Shown here: positions 27,938-37,507 of the stretch, one piece after another
How positions within the stretch are numbered: position 1 is the stretch's first letter
How the letters are laid out: each line of letters starts with the position of its first letter
Virus record (IMG/VR): IMGVR_UViG_3300031547_000001
Length of the DNA stretch: 64,000 nt
Origin: an uncultured virus (IMG/VR IMGVR_UViG_3300031547_000001)
Lineage: Duplodnaviria > Heunggongvirae > Uroviricota > Caudoviricetes
Direction: 5' to 3' (one strand)
Program-made: the position numbers and the translations under genes
The notes under the pieces: generated by a model
Told to the model about the DNA's origin: nothing
Database searches by the model: none
What the model saw: only the letters and a program-made list of their open reading frames with translations

Positions 27938-28158
27938 TACAGCTTCAGCTCCTCGTTGGCGAAGAACGGGATGATCTGGCTGTAGCTCACCAGGGAGCCC
28001 TCGTGCGACTGACTCCAGCCGAGCTGAGGACCGGTCGACCAGGTGCCCTTGAGCATCGGGTCGTGGACCTCGGCCTTGTGCCGGGTCGTGAAGGCGCCAC
28101 GGAAGATCGGGGCACCCTCAGCGGGTCTGGTGACGAGGGCGAACAGCGGAAGTGACAT
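27937..28158 (-). CDS. hypothetical protein
   Basis: RBS AGGAG; TAATG coupling. Confidence 0.6.
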   Translation of the reverse strand: MSLPLFALVTRPAEGAPIFRGAFTTRHKAEVHDPMLKGTWSTGPQLGWSQSHEGSLVSYSQIIPFFANEELKL

Positions 28159-28177
28159 GATGTGCTCCTGGTGCGCG

Positions 28178-28217
28178 AGGAGCCCCTGGCCGATTCAGCA
28201 GTGGGCCAGGGGCTCCT
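28178..28217 (-). terminator. hairpin
   Basis: AGGAGCCCCTGGCC...GGCCAGGGGCTCCT. Confidence 0.5.
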
Positions 28218-28250
28218 TGTTCTGTGTTGGTGGTACGGCGGACGTGCGAC

Positions 28251-28784
28251 CTACAGGTCGTCGTCCTCGTCGAAGTCGTCCTCGACGACCGGCGCGGCGG
28301 GAGCGGCCTTGGCGCGACGGCGACGGGTGGACGGCTTGGGAGCCTCCTCCTCGACCGGCGCGGCAGGGGCAGCGGCACCGCGACGACGACGCGAGGGCTT
28401 GGCGGGGGCGTCGTCCTCGTCGGCGGCGGGAGCAGCGGCCTTCGCAGCGGCGTCCGCCTCCTTCTTGGCCTTCGCGGCGGCGGCACGGGCGGCCTTGTCC
28501 TTCTCGGCCTGCTCGCGCTTCTCGGCACGCTCCTGGGCCTTCTGCGCCCGGGTCTCGACCGCCTTCTCCGCGTCCGCTCGGCGCTTCTCCAGGGCCGCCT
28601 GGTTCTCCGGCGACTTCTGGAACTCGATGCGCAGGGAGCAGGCGAGCTGGACCGTCTTCAGGTCGACCTCGTCCTCCTCCAGGCCGACGTGCTCGACGAG
28701 CCAGGCAGCGAACCGGCGGTGCAGCTCGGTGGGCTCCTTGTCGGCCAGATGTGCGAACTGCGGGCCGTCTTCGGTGTTCGTCAT
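28251..28784 (-). CDS. PTELH-family protein, paralogue 1 (Ala/Lys/Arg-rich tail)
   Basis: PTELH.RFA.W...DLKTVQLA...R..FQ.S..NQA motif shared with 35222-35722 and 39599-40225. Confidence 0.8.
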   Translation of the reverse strand: MTNTEDGPQFAHLADKEPTELHRRFAAWLVEHVGLEEDEVDLKTVQLACSLRIEFQKSPENQAALEKRRADAEKAVETRAQKAQERAEKREQAEKDKAARAAAAKAKKEADAAAKAAAPAADEDDAPAKPSRRRRGAAAPAAPVEEEAPKPSTRRRRAKAAPAAPVVEDDFDEDDDL

Positions 28785-28807
28785 GAGGTTAATCTCCATC
28801 GTCGATT

Positions 28808-28850
28808 CGCTTACGAGTAGAACTATACTCCGAAAAGTCGAAGCGAGTTC
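28808..28850 (-). promoter_or_regulatory. phage promoter copy
   Basis: TATAGT-TCTACTCGTAAGCG on the minus strand. Confidence 0.7.
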
Positions 28851-28855
28851 CGCTC

Positions 28856-29023
28856 TTATTTGGTGTCCTTTTGGACATGGCACTGGCAGTAGCGGAGTCG
28901 AATTCCCTCTGCAGCTTTGAACCTGGCCAGGGCGTCTTTCTGTCCCAGTCGATAGCCCACCTTGCAGGCGATCGGGGGCAAGGTCATGATCGAGATGAGG
29001 ACGAATGCATCGAGCGGACTCAC
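28856..29023 (-). CDS. small membrane-anchored protein
   Basis: GTG overlapping the helicase stop; hydrophobic N-terminus. Confidence 0.45.
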   Translation of the reverse strand: MSPLDAFVLISIMTLPPIACKVGYRLGQKDALARFKAAEGIRLRYCQCHVQKDTK

Positions 29024-30918
29024 TTGGTCTCCTTCAGCAATCGGATTGCAAACTCAACCCCTCGACGGCCGTCGAGAAGAATCTTCTGCACCTCGTCCTT
29101 GCCGATGTTGCTCGCGGCGATGCGCTCATCGATCGAGCCACGGGCGTACAGGTAGTGGATCATCACATTGTGGATACGGGACACGCGGTGGATGCGGCCC
29201 TCTACCTGCTCCTGATCGTCTGGGACGTAGGTCTCATCCATGAAGAACAGCTCGTCGCAGTGCTGGTCAAGGTCGATGGCGACACCGCCTGCCAGCGTGT
29301 TGATCAGCATGATCCGTGGCCCGCCCGGGGCCTGGAAGATCTCCTGCGCCTTGAGCCTCTGAGCCGGGGTGACCGCACCGGTGATGCGCATGGTGGGCAC
29401 CTTGAGCTTCTCGAATTCGTCCGCCATCGCGTTGATCACCTTGGTGAACTGCGAGGCGATGACGTACTTCTTGCCGTCGTCGTACCGGCTCGATGCGGGG
29501 CCTACGATGCCGCGTTCCTCCAACAGCTCAAGCAATACGTTCCACTTGCAGCTCTTGGAGAGAACCGGTCCGCTGGTCCCCTGGTACGCCGTCGCGATCT
29601 GCTTGAGCATCGTGAGCTCGGCCAGCGCACCTGTGATCGTCATGTACTTCTTGCCGAACATGGCCTCGCCCGCTTCGCGCATCTCGTCATACTGACGCTG
29701 CTGCTCGGGGCTGGGGTCGCACCAGTGCTCGACGAGTTGGCGCGGCGGGAGGTCGGGGGCGACTTCCGCCTTGGTCCGGCGGAGCATCACGTAGTCCAGC
29801 GAGCGATACAGGGCCTCGCGCCTGTGCTCCGCGATGCCCCCGATCGTGTTGCCGAACTTGCCCTCCTTGACCTCCAAGTACTGCTGCGACCATGTCCACT
29901 TGGAGGTATACCGCTTGGGGTTGAGCCAGTGCAGCACGCCCCAGAAGTTCGCCGGGATGCCCTTGATGGGCGTCCCGCTCAGGGCCACCTTGAGCCCCTC
30001 GTCGCCGTCGGCGACATCCAGACGACACAGACCCTCGCCCACCTGGGTCTTGTTGTGCGTGCCCTTGATCCCGCTGAGGAACCGGTGCGCCTCATCGACG
30101 GTCACCGACGTCCAGCGGAAGTCGAACAGGCCGGGGAACTTGGTCTCCCAGGGGCGAGGCTGCGTCTTGTGCTGGTCGTCTCGGTGGTCGATGTCCTGCT
30201 GAGGCTCAGTGAAGTCCTCCTCAAACATCTTGCACTTGGGGCACCAGCGCCCCATCTTGATCCGAGCGGTCTCGGGATTGATGATGAGGAACCGAGGACC
30301 GTCCGCAGCCTTGGCAGCCTCGATGGCTGCAGCCTTCTGCTTGGGCGAGCCATGCGCCGTGAACACCTGGAAGTCAGTCCACTTGCGAACCTCCTTCTCC
30401 CAGGTGATGCGGATGGCCGTGGCCGGACATGCCACGAGATGCGCACCGTCCTCGATTCCTCGCTCGACGATCCCACCCAGAGTCTGGATAGTCTTGCCGA
30501 GCCCCGGCTCGTCGGCGAGCAGGACCCCTCCGTCAGGCTGACGCGCCATGAAGGCCGCGCCCACCCGTTGATATGTCCTGCTCGACATCGCACCGGCGAT
30601 CTTGGGGAGGATGTCGGCCACCCGGTCGAGCTCGGTGTCCGAGAGCTGGCCGAGGGCCCGCATCTCCTGCTCCTGCCGAGTCGCCTTCCAGGCCCACTTG
30701 GTGAGCCGGGGACGAACGATGAGCATGTCCGTGAACACGACGCGCAGGAGCCGACACGTCTGCAGCGAGAGCGGATAGGACCAGGTCCCCCGCGTCTTGC
30801 TCCAGCTCGCACCCGGCACTGCCTGGCACATCTCGCTCACGCCCATGAAGTAGGGGCTGCGCAACTCGATGCGCTCCCCATCCTCGGACAAATCGATCCT
30901 GACCATCGGACCCGACAC
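29020..30918 (-). CDS. SNF2-family helicase
   Basis: LLADEPGLGKT, DEAH, LSGTP, LRRTK, QVEGRIHR. Confidence 0.9.
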   Translation of the reverse strand: MSGPMVRIDLSEDGERIELRSPYFMGVSEMCQAVPGASWSKTRGTWSYPLSLQTCRLLRVVFTDMLIVRPRLTKWAWKATRQEQEMRALGQLSDTELDRVADILPKIAGAMSSRTYQRVGAAFMARQPDGGVLLADEPGLGKTIQTLGGIVERGIEDGAHLVACPATAIRITWEKEVRKWTDFQVFTAHGSPKQKAAAIEAAKAADGPRFLIINPETARIKMGRWCPKCKMFEEDFTEPQQDIDHRDDQHKTQPRPWETKFPGLFDFRWTSVTVDEAHRFLSGIKGTHNKTQVGEGLCRLDVADGDEGLKVALSGTPIKGIPANFWGVLHWLNPKRYTSKWTWSQQYLEVKEGKFGNTIGGIAEHRREALYRSLDYVMLRRTKAEVAPDLPPRQLVEHWCDPSPEQQRQYDEMREAGEAMFGKKYMTITGALAELTMLKQIATAYQGTSGPVLSKSCKWNVLLELLEERGIVGPASSRYDDGKKYVIASQFTKVINAMADEFEKLKVPTMRITGAVTPAQRLKAQEIFQAPGGPRIMLINTLAGGVAIDLDQHCDELFFMDETYVPDDQEQVEGRIHRVSRIHNVMIHYLYARGSIDERIAASNIGKDEVQKILLDGRRGVEFAIRLLKETK

Positions 30919-31316
30919 TAGCTTCTCCAGACCACGTGTTCCTTGCTGAACCCCGAGTTGAGGATCTTAGCCCAACATCCCGTGCACGGCTCACGAGTTG
31001 TGTACAGCATCATGCCAGGCTCGTAGTAACCCCACGACTCCAGCATCTTGTCGATCGCGTTGACCTCGGCGTGGATGGCGCAGCAGTCGTGGTAATCACC
31101 GCCACGGGGCTGTTCCTCCAGGCTCTTGAACCCTCGCGGACACCCGCCCTGGTCACAGTTGACCTGGCCGCTCGGCGGACCGTTGTAGCCGATCCAGACG
31201 TGGTAGTTGTCGAGGACGACAACCGCTCCGACCTGGCACCGGACACACGAGCTCCGAGTCGCCATCGCATCTGCAACCGCCAGCCAGACTTCGGTCCAGG
31301 GTCTACGGGAAGTCAA
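30918..31316 (-). CDS. dCMP deaminase
   Basis: RSSC...QVGAV, GYNGPPSG, HAEVNA, PC..C. Confidence 0.9.
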   Translation of the reverse strand: MTSRRPWTEVWLAVADAMATRSSCVRCQVGAVVVLDNYHVWIGYNGPPSGQVNCDQGGCPRGFKSLEEQPRGGDYHDCCAIHAEVNAIDKMLESWGYYEPGMMLYTTREPCTGCWAKILNSGFSKEHVVWRS

Positions 31317-31506
31317 TCTGGATCACCAGCCAGAAGTAGTAGGCGCTCGTGAAGATCGCGAGTGCACCGGGGACGGCGAACGACTGGTACTCATCGGGGC
31401 GGAGGAAGAACTTCCGCTGCACCCAGAGGGTCAGACTCGCCACGCCGATGCCGAGCAGCAGCTGGCCGAGGATGACGAGGATTCCGATGAGGCCGATGGA
31501 GCTCAT
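31303..31506 (-). CDS. membrane protein
   Basis: Two hydrophobic helices. Confidence 0.6.
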   Translation of the reverse strand: MSSIGLIGILVILGQLLLGIGVASLTLWVQRKFFLRPDEYQSFAVPGALAIFTSAYYFWLVIQIDFP

Positions 31507-31524
31507 TGTGTTGTGCTTCTCCCG

Positions 31525-31734
31525 CTAGTTCTTGGCGATGGGCGACGAGACCGGGGCAACCGGCTTGTCCGGCTTGTCGATCTCGACGGTCGTGGTGGTC
31601 TGGAGGAAGAGGACGAGACAGGCGCCGGTCACAACGCCTGCCACGAAGTTCTTCGCTCCGCCGGTGCGCAGCTTCTCGAGGTCACCCTTGGACATCGAGA
31701 CGGACGATCTGGCCGGAAGGTCCTGCCACTTCAT
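31525..31734 (-). CDS. membrane-anchored hypothetical protein
   Basis: RBS AAGGAG; one hydrophobic segment. Confidence 0.6.
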   Translation of the reverse strand: MKWQDLPARSSVSMSKGDLEKLRTGGAKNFVAGVVTGACLVLFLQTTTTVEIDKPDKPVAPVSSPIAKN

Positions 31735-31743
31735 TTGGACTCC

Positions 31744-32001
31744 TTAGGGGAGGACGACCATGCGCGTCGCTCCCGTGATCGGGTCGACCTGCGAAGCCAC
31801 TGCCTCGCCGATCTGGGGTTCCGGGGACTCCCCCGGCTCCGGGTGCGGCACCACGTTGAGCGTGTACTCCGAGCCCATCGGGATGCCGAGCCTGGCCGCC
31901 TCAGCGACCTGGACGAAGAAGACGCCACCGAGAACGAGGGCGGCTCCAGCGAACGTGTTGATCGCCGTGATGCAGATGTCTCGGAACAGTCCGTGCTTCA
32001 T
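31744..32001 (-). CDS. membrane-anchored hypothetical protein
   Basis: RBS GGAGGGGAG; hydrophobic N-terminus. Confidence 0.6.
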   Translation of the reverse strand: MKHGLFRDICITAINTFAGAALVLGGVFFVQVAEAARLGIPMGSEYTLNVVPHPEPGESPEPQIGEAVASQVDPITGATRMVVLP

Positions 32002-32138
32002 GTCGCTCCCCTCCTCGGGGTGTCTGGCAGGCGGACCCCGCCCCGGGCCGCTACGGGGTCGTAGGGCTGAGACGGGGACCGCCTGAGTACCTTGGCCCAC
32101 CGGACCGGAGATCGGCCCTTAGGGATCATCCTACGGCG

Positions 32139-32738
32139 TTAGCCGTTCAGCTTGCCCCAGCAGATATCGCCAACACCCCGTTCCCGGGTGTGCTGTTGGG
32201 TGAGCGGGGACGAGCACACGCCGCACTGCCCGACCCTCTGGCCGAACAGAGCGAACGCGGCCTTGTGGTCGGCGGCGATCCTCTTGAGGATGCCGTCGTA
32301 CCTGTAGATCCGCTGCTTGCGGAACTCGCCGGGCGCACCGATCAGGGCGTTGACCCAGCGCGGCGTTCCCTCAGCGAGGATCTTGCCCACCTGGTAGAAC
32401 TTGACGTCGCCGTCGTCGGTCTCCAGGGCGTACTTGCCGGGCGGCACCTCGGGGAAGTCCCCGAAGGACACCGGCTCCAGCTTGGACTGCAGGAGCATCA
32501 GGCGGATGAACTCGGCGCACTGGCCAGCGTTCATCTCGTCGATCATCCTGTGGTAGTCACTCGCCTCCATGGCGACGTGGTCGGCCAGGCGAACCCGCTC
32601 ACGAGTCAGGGCCTGCGCCAGGCCACGGCGCCGTTCGCTCGGCGGCATCTCCTTCCAGGAGGGGCGCTCGATGCACGCCTTGACCTCCTTGACCGAGGCG
32701 TGGATGCCTCGGCAGTGGGCGCATCGGATCCTGGCCAT
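32139..32738 (-). CDS. DUF6011-like Zn-finger protein
   Basis: C-terminal CGVC..PLT...RERGVG..C. Confidence 0.6.
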   Translation of the reverse strand: MARIRCAHCRGIHASVKEVKACIERPSWKEMPPSERRRGLAQALTRERVRLADHVAMEASDYHRMIDEMNAGQCAEFIRLMLLQSKLEPVSFGDFPEVPPGKYALETDDGDVKFYQVGKILAEGTPRWVNALIGAPGEFRKQRIYRYDGILKRIAADHKAAFALFGQRVGQCGVCSSPLTQQHTRERGVGDICWGKLNG

Positions 32739-33736
32739 CAGCCCTCCAGGGCGGTGCGCGAGCCGTCGGTGATGTCGCCCGCACGCCGACCCAGATCCGC
32801 GCGCTTGCCCTCGGCGGAGCCCCGGTCGTACGCGCTCCAGTCCATCTTGGGCGCCTTGTACTTGGCCTTGGACTTCTTGCCGTCGTCCTTGCGCTGGGAG
32901 GCGTGCAGACCGTGGAGCATCTCCAGGTCCTCCATCGCCTTCTTGACGCGGTCCTTGCGGCCGACCAGGGCGAGCTCAGCGCCGGATCCTGCCGTGCTGC
33001 GGACCTCCTTGCCGACCTTCTCCAGGTCCCACAGGCGCGTCCGGATCTCGCTGACGAACCCGTCGGCGAACGACCGGCGGAACTTCTTCGGGTCGGCGAT
33101 GGCCACGTACTCCAGGCCGTTGTCGCGGCAGTGACGCTTGGCCGCTCGGATCAGTCGGCCGCCGTCCTTCTTGCCCTGGCCGCGCCCGTCGACCTCCCAG
33201 GGGGTGATCGGCCAGGACTCGGCCAGCGAGCGAACCGGCGCGTTGTACCGCGCCTGCTCCATCATGTGGGCGATGGACTGCCACTTGATCCCGGCCTCGT
33301 GCAGGGTGTAGACGTTCTCGTCGTAGCCCTTGTTCGGGTCGGCCTTGGGGTCGACGCGCTGGAGGAGCTGGAGACGGATGGAGGCGTACATCATCTCCGC
33401 GTAGTCCAGGTCCTTCTCGTAGCCGACCATGTAGCCCTCGCCGGACCAGAAGCCCAGGAACTCGCAGCCGGTGTGGTTGGCCGTGGCGGAGATCAGGGAG
33501 AACAGCTGCTCCAGCAGCGGGCTGAAGCCCTCGGCGAAGGTGATGCGGCGGGTGTCCGGCTTGTCGTCGATGCCCTGGGCCATCTTGGCCTGGGCCAGCA
33601 TCGCCTCGTCGATCTGGTACTTCTTCATGATGCGCTCGGCGGCCTCGCGGTACGTCTGGGCCTCAGCCTCGATGTCGGTCGCCTCGGCCTTGTTCAGCAT
33701 CGCCTGGACGCGCGCCATCAGGTTGTTGTCAGTCAC
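32738..33736 (-). CDS. DUF2786-domain protein
   Basis: RV..ML.KAE.T..EAEA.....AE.IM.KYQID; RRSF..GF. Confidence 0.7.
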   Translation of the reverse strand: MTDNNLMARVQAMLNKAEATDIEAEAQTYREAAERIMKKYQIDEAMLAQAKMAQGIDDKPDTRRITFAEGFSPLLEQLFSLISATANHTGCEFLGFWSGEGYMVGYEKDLDYAEMMYASIRLQLLQRVDPKADPNKGYDENVYTLHEAGIKWQSIAHMMEQARYNAPVRSLAESWPITPWEVDGRGQGKKDGGRLIRAAKRHCRDNGLEYVAIADPKKFRRSFADGFVSEIRTRLWDLEKVGKEVRSTAGSGAELALVGRKDRVKKAMEDLEMLHGLHASQRKDDGKKSKAKYKAPKMDWSAYDRGSAEGKRADLGRRAGDITDGSRTALEG

Positions 33737-33747
33737 GGTTACTCCCT

Positions 33748-33804
33748 GGACTCCTCAGCATGGGTACCTTACCCACGGACACCGCTGGGTGCGGTGTTTC
33801 GTCC
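33748..33804 (-). ncRNA. hammerhead ribozyme type II (HH1)
   Basis: GGAC-GAAA-CACCGC/GCGGUG-UC^-CGUGGG/CCCAUG-CUGAGGA-GUCC; cleavage predicted between 33778 and 33777. Confidence 0.92.
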
Positions 33805-33817
33805 TGGTCGGGATGGA

Positions 33818-33952
33818 TCAGTCGAGCACTACATTCAGCAGGACCGTGAACAGGATCCCTGCTGCGAACCCGGTGCCCACGACGACGAGGAGCAGAAGCC
33901 CGAAGGCTCTTGCGCAACCCTCGCCGTCCGGCTGCTGGAACTTCTCGCTCAC
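33818..33952 (-). CDS. small membrane protein
   Basis: GTGA-coupled; hydrophobic C-terminal half. Confidence 0.5.
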   Translation of the reverse strand: MSEKFQQPDGEGCARAFGLLLLVVVGTGFAAGILFTVLLNVVLD

Positions 33953-34236
33953 TGGAGCGCGTCCCAGAGGGTGCGCGGCGCGTAGGAGCTGTACGGGCTG
34001 GAGCCGGACACGCCGTCCAGAGCGAGCCATACGGCGTTGCGTTCCAGGTCGGCCAGCGGACGCTCCTCGCAGTAGTCGGCGAGCTCCTCTCCGGAGATCG
34101 CGCCGACGACGACGTTCGTGAGCGGGTAGGACGGCTGCACGCCGCAGAGCACCTGGACCTCGGCGGGGTCGATCCCGCTCTCTTCCAGGTCAAGGGCGAT
34201 GGCCGCGAGCTTGTCGAGCAGCTCACCAAGCTTCAT
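33949..34236 (-). CDS. hypothetical protein
   Basis: RBS GGAGG. Confidence 0.65.
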   Translation of the reverse strand: MKLGELLDKLAAIALDLEESGIDPAEVQVLCGVQPSYPLTNVVVGAISGEELADYCEERPLADLERNAVWLALDGVSGSSPYSSYAPRTLWDALQ

Positions 34237-34636
34237 GCTTCCTCCACGATCTCGTCAGCACCCGTGCCTTACGGGCGGACCGCCGTGACTGGCTGCCACG
34301 GGGTTTCGATCTGGCTGTGGATCAGGTACCGGTCAGGCCCTTGATTGCGCTCAGCAGCAGGACACCGGCGATGATGCCGACCATGCAGCAGAGCAGGAAC
34401 TTGCCCATCACTTCCCTCCCACTGCTGCAGCGAAATTGTACAGGAGGATGAACAGAACGGCTCCGGCGAGGATCGCCTTGGGCCAGCTCATGGAAACTCC
34501 TACTGGTTGTTGGGGTCGGTGTCGTGCTGCTCGTGTACCAACGGCGGACCGGCGGGCTGCCCCTGGTTGCTGATGGGCAGGCTGATCATCGGCTGGACGC
34601 CCTGCTCGGGCAGGTCCCTGGGGCAGGCCTCGTCGC

Positions 34637-35092
34637 TCACAGCTCGGTCTCCACGAAGCCCGCACCGTCCAGGGCGGACTGTACCGGGTCATGCCCGAGG
34701 ATCCAGCGCTGCGGCGGGTCGAGCCGGAGGATCCGGCCGTCGATGCGGATCTTCTCGTTCGTGAGGCGCTCCACCTCGAAGCAGAGCCACTCGATGTTGA
34801 GCCACGCCGGGACCGTCGCGCTGCTGTGCGTGAATATCGAGGAGACGGCCGCGTGCACGAACGGGTCGGTGGCCACATCGGCCAGGGCCGGACCCAGGCC
34901 CAGCTCCTCGTTGCGCGGGTTGGACCGCTTGTTGTCGAGGTACCAGGACATGTCGTCGTCCGCCATCGACTTGAGCCGCTGCACCTCGTGTGCGCGCTCC
35001 GTGGCCTCGGGGCCGGTGAACAGCGCCACGAGTTCGGCGTCGTCGCACCCCTCGGTCGCCTTGTACAGGAGGACGACCTTCTCTTGATCCAT
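34637..35092 (-). CDS. hypothetical protein
   Basis: RBS AAGGAG just after HH2. Confidence 0.7.
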   Translation of the reverse strand: MDQEKVVLLYKATEGCDDAELVALFTGPEATERAHEVQRLKSMADDDMSWYLDNKRSNPRNEELGLGPALADVATDPFVHAAVSSIFTHSSATVPAWLNIEWLCFEVERLTNEKIRIDGRILRLDPPQRWILGHDPVQSALDGAGFVETEL

Positions 35093-35104
35093 TTGTACTC
35101 CTTG

Positions 35105-35157
35105 AGAGCTCCTCAGCACCGGCTCTTACCGGCGGACACCCGAAGGTGTTTCGCTCT
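35105..35157 (-). ncRNA. hammerhead ribozyme type II (HH2)
   Basis: AGAGC-GAAA-CACC-UUCG-GGUG-UC^-CGCCGG/CCGGUG-CUGAGGA-GCUCU; cleavage 35135/35134. Confidence 0.93.
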
Positions 35158-35221
35158 TGTGGACAGCGCCCCGGGAGGTTGGGGTGGTCGTCCTCCCCCG
35201 GGGCGCTGCCGTCTGTGGGTG

Positions 35222-35722
35222 TTACTTGACCGGCTCGGCGCCAACCGTCCGGCGGGAGCGACGGGCTCGGGGCTTGGGCGCCTCCTCGACCTTCGGCTCC
35301 TCAGCGGCCTGCTCGGTGACCTCCGCCTTGACCTCGACCTCGGCGGCGACGGGCGCCTCTTCGGTCTTGGCCTCGTCCTCGGCGGGCTTGTCCTCCGCCT
35401 TGGGCTCCTCGGTGGCCGGAGCCGCCTCGGTGACGACCGCGCTGCTCAGCTTGGCCAGCTCCTTCTCCAGAGCCGCCTTGCGCTTGGCGACACGCTCGGC
35501 CTCCTTGGCAGCCGCCGCGTCCTTCTTCGCCTTGAGGGCGGCCTGGTTGTCGTCGCTCGCCTGGAAGTCCATGCGGAAGGCGACGGCCAGCTGGACCGTC
35601 TTGAGGTCCGCCTCGACCCCGGTCTGCTCCAGGATCCACTTGGCGAAGCGCTCGTGCAGCTCCGTGGGGGCGGAGGCAGCGCGCTCGGCGAAGGACTTCT
35701 TCTTGCTGTTGTTGTCGGTCAT
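35222..35722 (-). CDS. PTELH-family protein, paralogue 2
   Basis: Shared N-terminal motif; RBS AAGGAG after HH3. Confidence 0.8.
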   Translation of the reverse strand: MTDNNSKKKSFAERAASAPTELHERFAKWILEQTGVEADLKTVQLAVAFRMDFQASDDNQAALKAKKDAAAAKEAERVAKRKAALEKELAKLSSAVVTEAAPATEEPKAEDKPAEDEAKTEEAPVAAEVEVKAEVTEQAAEEPKVEEAPKPRARRSRRTVGAEPVK

Positions 35723-35735
35723 GACTTGCTCCTTG

Positions 35736-35806
35736 GGACTCCTCAGCACCGGCGCTCTACCGGCGGACCATCGGGGCGGCCTTGCGACCGCCCCTAGGTT
35801 TCGTCC
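35736..35806 (-). ncRNA. hammerhead ribozyme type II (HH3)
   Basis: GGAC-GAAA-CC..GGGGCGGUC-GCAA-GGCCGCCCC..GG-UC^-CGCCGG/CCGGUG-CUGAGGA-GUCC; cleavage 35766/35765. Confidence 0.92.
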
Positions 35807-35858
35807 TGTCTATGTTGTCGTGCTTCTCACGCACCCGCCGGGACCTACCGGCTGCTTG

Positions 35859-36062
35859 TGCGAGGCGCGTCAGGCAGTCGATTACCTGAGCTTCGGGTTT
35901 TGTGGAGGACCCGTTCCTGTCTCCAAGGCTGCATTTGCTGCTACCGACCTCTTGCCTGGCCGCCCTGCTCGGTGCTCGCGGTCTCCGGCTCGGAAGCTTC
36001 GTCTCAACCTCGTACTCGGCGCTGCGGCCGTTCCGGGGAGTCGCTTCCTGCCCTCTCGCTTA
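35859..36062 (-). ncRNA. structured leader RNA, copy B (homologous to 39099-39303)
   Basis: Collinear conserved blocks shared with copy A; 5' GCGAG can pair with 3' CUCGC; lies between a promoter and HH3. Confidence 0.6.
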
Positions 36063-36099
36063 CGAGTAGAACTATGCCCCATATCGGCGCCGGAGGCAA
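36057..36099 (-). promoter_or_regulatory. phage promoter copy
   Basis: TTGCCT-17 bp-CATAGT-TCTACTCGTAAGCG. Confidence 0.75.
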
Positions 36100-36105
36100 C
36101 CCCTC

Positions 36106-36196
36106 GTCTACCTGCGCATTCATCACGTTTGCCCTGGTAGGAGGCTCGCGAAGTTTCTCCATCTTTTTTGGAGAAGTTTCAAATGCGCAGGTAGAC
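36106..36196. repeat. 15-bp inverted repeat plus third half-site upstream of promoter
   Basis: GTCTACCTGCGCATT (36106-36120) / AATGCGCAGGTAGAC (36182-36196); TTTGCCCTGGTAGG lies between them. Confidence 0.75.
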
Positions 36197-36255
36197 CTGA
36201 GTGCGACGCGTCTACGGCGATTCACCGTGGGCCAGGGCGAATCGGGCGAAACACC

Positions 36256-36621
36256 CTAGAGAGGCAGGAGCTTCCACAGGTTGCCGTTGGGCGTGCGCAC
36301 CACATCCTGGCCGTCGTTGGTCTTGCCGACCATCTCGATCAGCAGGGTGTCGGCCTTCCTCGGCGCCTCGGGAACGGGCACGACCTCGACCGCCTTGGCC
36401 TTGCGGGCCCCGGGGATGTTGCCGACCTCCCACGTGTTGCCACGATTGACGACCTTGATGTAGTTACCCAGGGACGTCTTCTCCAGGGTCCGACGCATGG
36501 CGTAGCGGACCTGCTCGCCGGTCAGGCCGGTTGCGGCCACGATCTCGGTTGCCGTCACCACCTCGTTCGCGCGGGTCTTCAGGTAGGCAATGACGTCGTT
36601 GGAGATGTTCTGTGCGGGCAC
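36256..36621 (-). CDS. winged-helix DNA-binding protein (putative)
   Basis: VIAYLK...VTATEIVAATGLTGEQVRYAMRR; RBS AAGGAG after HH4. Confidence 0.6.
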   Translation of the reverse strand: MPAQNISNDVIAYLKTRANEVVTATEIVAATGLTGEQVRYAMRRTLEKTSLGNYIKVVNRGNTWEVGNIPGARKAKAVEVVPVPEAPRKADTLLIEMVGKTNDGQDVVRTPNGNLWKLLPL

Positions 36622-36639
36622 TGTTACTCCTTGTTGATT

Positions 36640-36708
36640 GAGCTCCTCAGCACGGGCCATTACCCGTGGACACCGTGGCGGCTGTCGGGCCACCCCGGTG
36701 TTTCGCTC
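36640..36708 (-). ncRNA. hammerhead ribozyme type II (HH4)
   Basis: GAGC-GAAA-CACCG...CGGUG-UC^-CACGGG/CCCGUG-CUGAGGA-GCUC; begins immediately after the upstream stop codon; cleavage 36669/36668. Confidence 0.92.
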
Positions 36709-36945
36709 TCATCGCTCGTTGGTGTCGATCTGCACCGTCACGGGAACGTTGAACCTGGACGGGTGCGAGCCGTCGTTGTCGTCTTCCATCCAGGCCACGT
36801 CTGCGAGTTGCAGGAAGTCAACGAACCGGGCGGCCATCAGCATGTTGGGGAACGTGAAGCTCCTGATGCCGAGAGTGTTGAACCCCAGCTCGCCGTTGAA
36901 CGCCGTCACGGAGTCCAGCATCCGCGAGATCTGACTCTCGTTCAC
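36709..36945 (-). CDS. hypothetical protein
   Basis: RBS GAGGAGGA; stop abuts HH4. Confidence 0.6.
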   Translation of the reverse strand: MNESQISRMLDSVTAFNGELGFNTLGIRSFTFPNMLMAARFVDFLQLADVAWMEDDNDGSHPSRFNVPVTVQIDTNER

Positions 36946-37267
36946 GTCTCTCGTCCTCCTCGCTGTTGCGCTCCCGGTACATCCGGAAGGCTCGGCGCAG
37001 CGTACCCGGCAGGACGCCGTAGGAGCGCGCTAGGGCGGCCTGCGAGCCGTTGCCGGTCCCGGCGGCCAGCCACTCCGCGTAGAGCTCCTCTACGGGCTTA
37101 GGGAGCTTCACGTATCGGTGCGCGGTGCCTGTGATCCGGCGTACCCGCTTGCGCACCTGGGACTCGTTGCAGCCATACACGGCGGCCGTGCGGGTGTTGT
37201 CGTTCCCGCACAGCGCGCGCATGGCCATGAGTTCCGCATCCGACTCGGGCAGGATGCGAGCCGTCAT
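36818..37267 (-). CDS. double helix-turn-helix protein (putative)
   Basis: TRTAAVYGCNESQVRKRV and QAALARSYGVLPGTLRRAF; 3' end overlaps the next gene. Confidence 0.55.
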   Translation of the reverse strand: MTARILPESDAELMAMRALCGNDNTRTAAVYGCNESQVRKRVRRITGTAHRYVKLPKPVEELYAEWLAAGTGNGSQAALARSYGVLPGTLRRAFRMYRERNSEEDERRERESDLADAGLRDGVQRRAGVQHSRHQELHVPQHADGRPVR

Positions 37268-37348
37268 GTCAGTGGTCCTTTCCGCCTGTCGTCCCGCTGC
37301 CGCCGTTGTCCTGTCCGTCGTTGGTCTTGCCGTGCTCGTCGCCGCCCA

Positions 37349-37507
37349 TCAGTACGCCTCTCCGTACAGGTCGGTGGCGTCCGCGTCCGGCGGCTGCACC
37401 TGCTCGGTGGGCGTGTGGCCTCGGGTCTCCGCCTGCACGATCGACAGAGCCTCGTTGGGTCCGGCGGGCTCGTGGGTCACGTTGTGGCCACGGGGTACGT
37501 CAGGCAT
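37349..37507 (-). CDS. small hypothetical protein
   Basis: RBS GAGGAG; MPDVPRGHNV... Confidence 0.5.
   Translation of the reverse strand: MPDVPRGHNVTHEPAGPNEALSIVQAETRGHTPTEQVQPPDADATDLYGEAY

Noticed and set aside
28860..28960. Possible second tRNA (GGTTCAAA/TTCGACTCC-like words)
   Set aside because: No cloverleaf can be built; the region is explained by the 28856-29023 ORF
32005..32135. Possible ninth hammerhead upstream of the 31744-32001 gene
   Set aside because: A hairpin is present, but there is no CUGANGA/GAAA core
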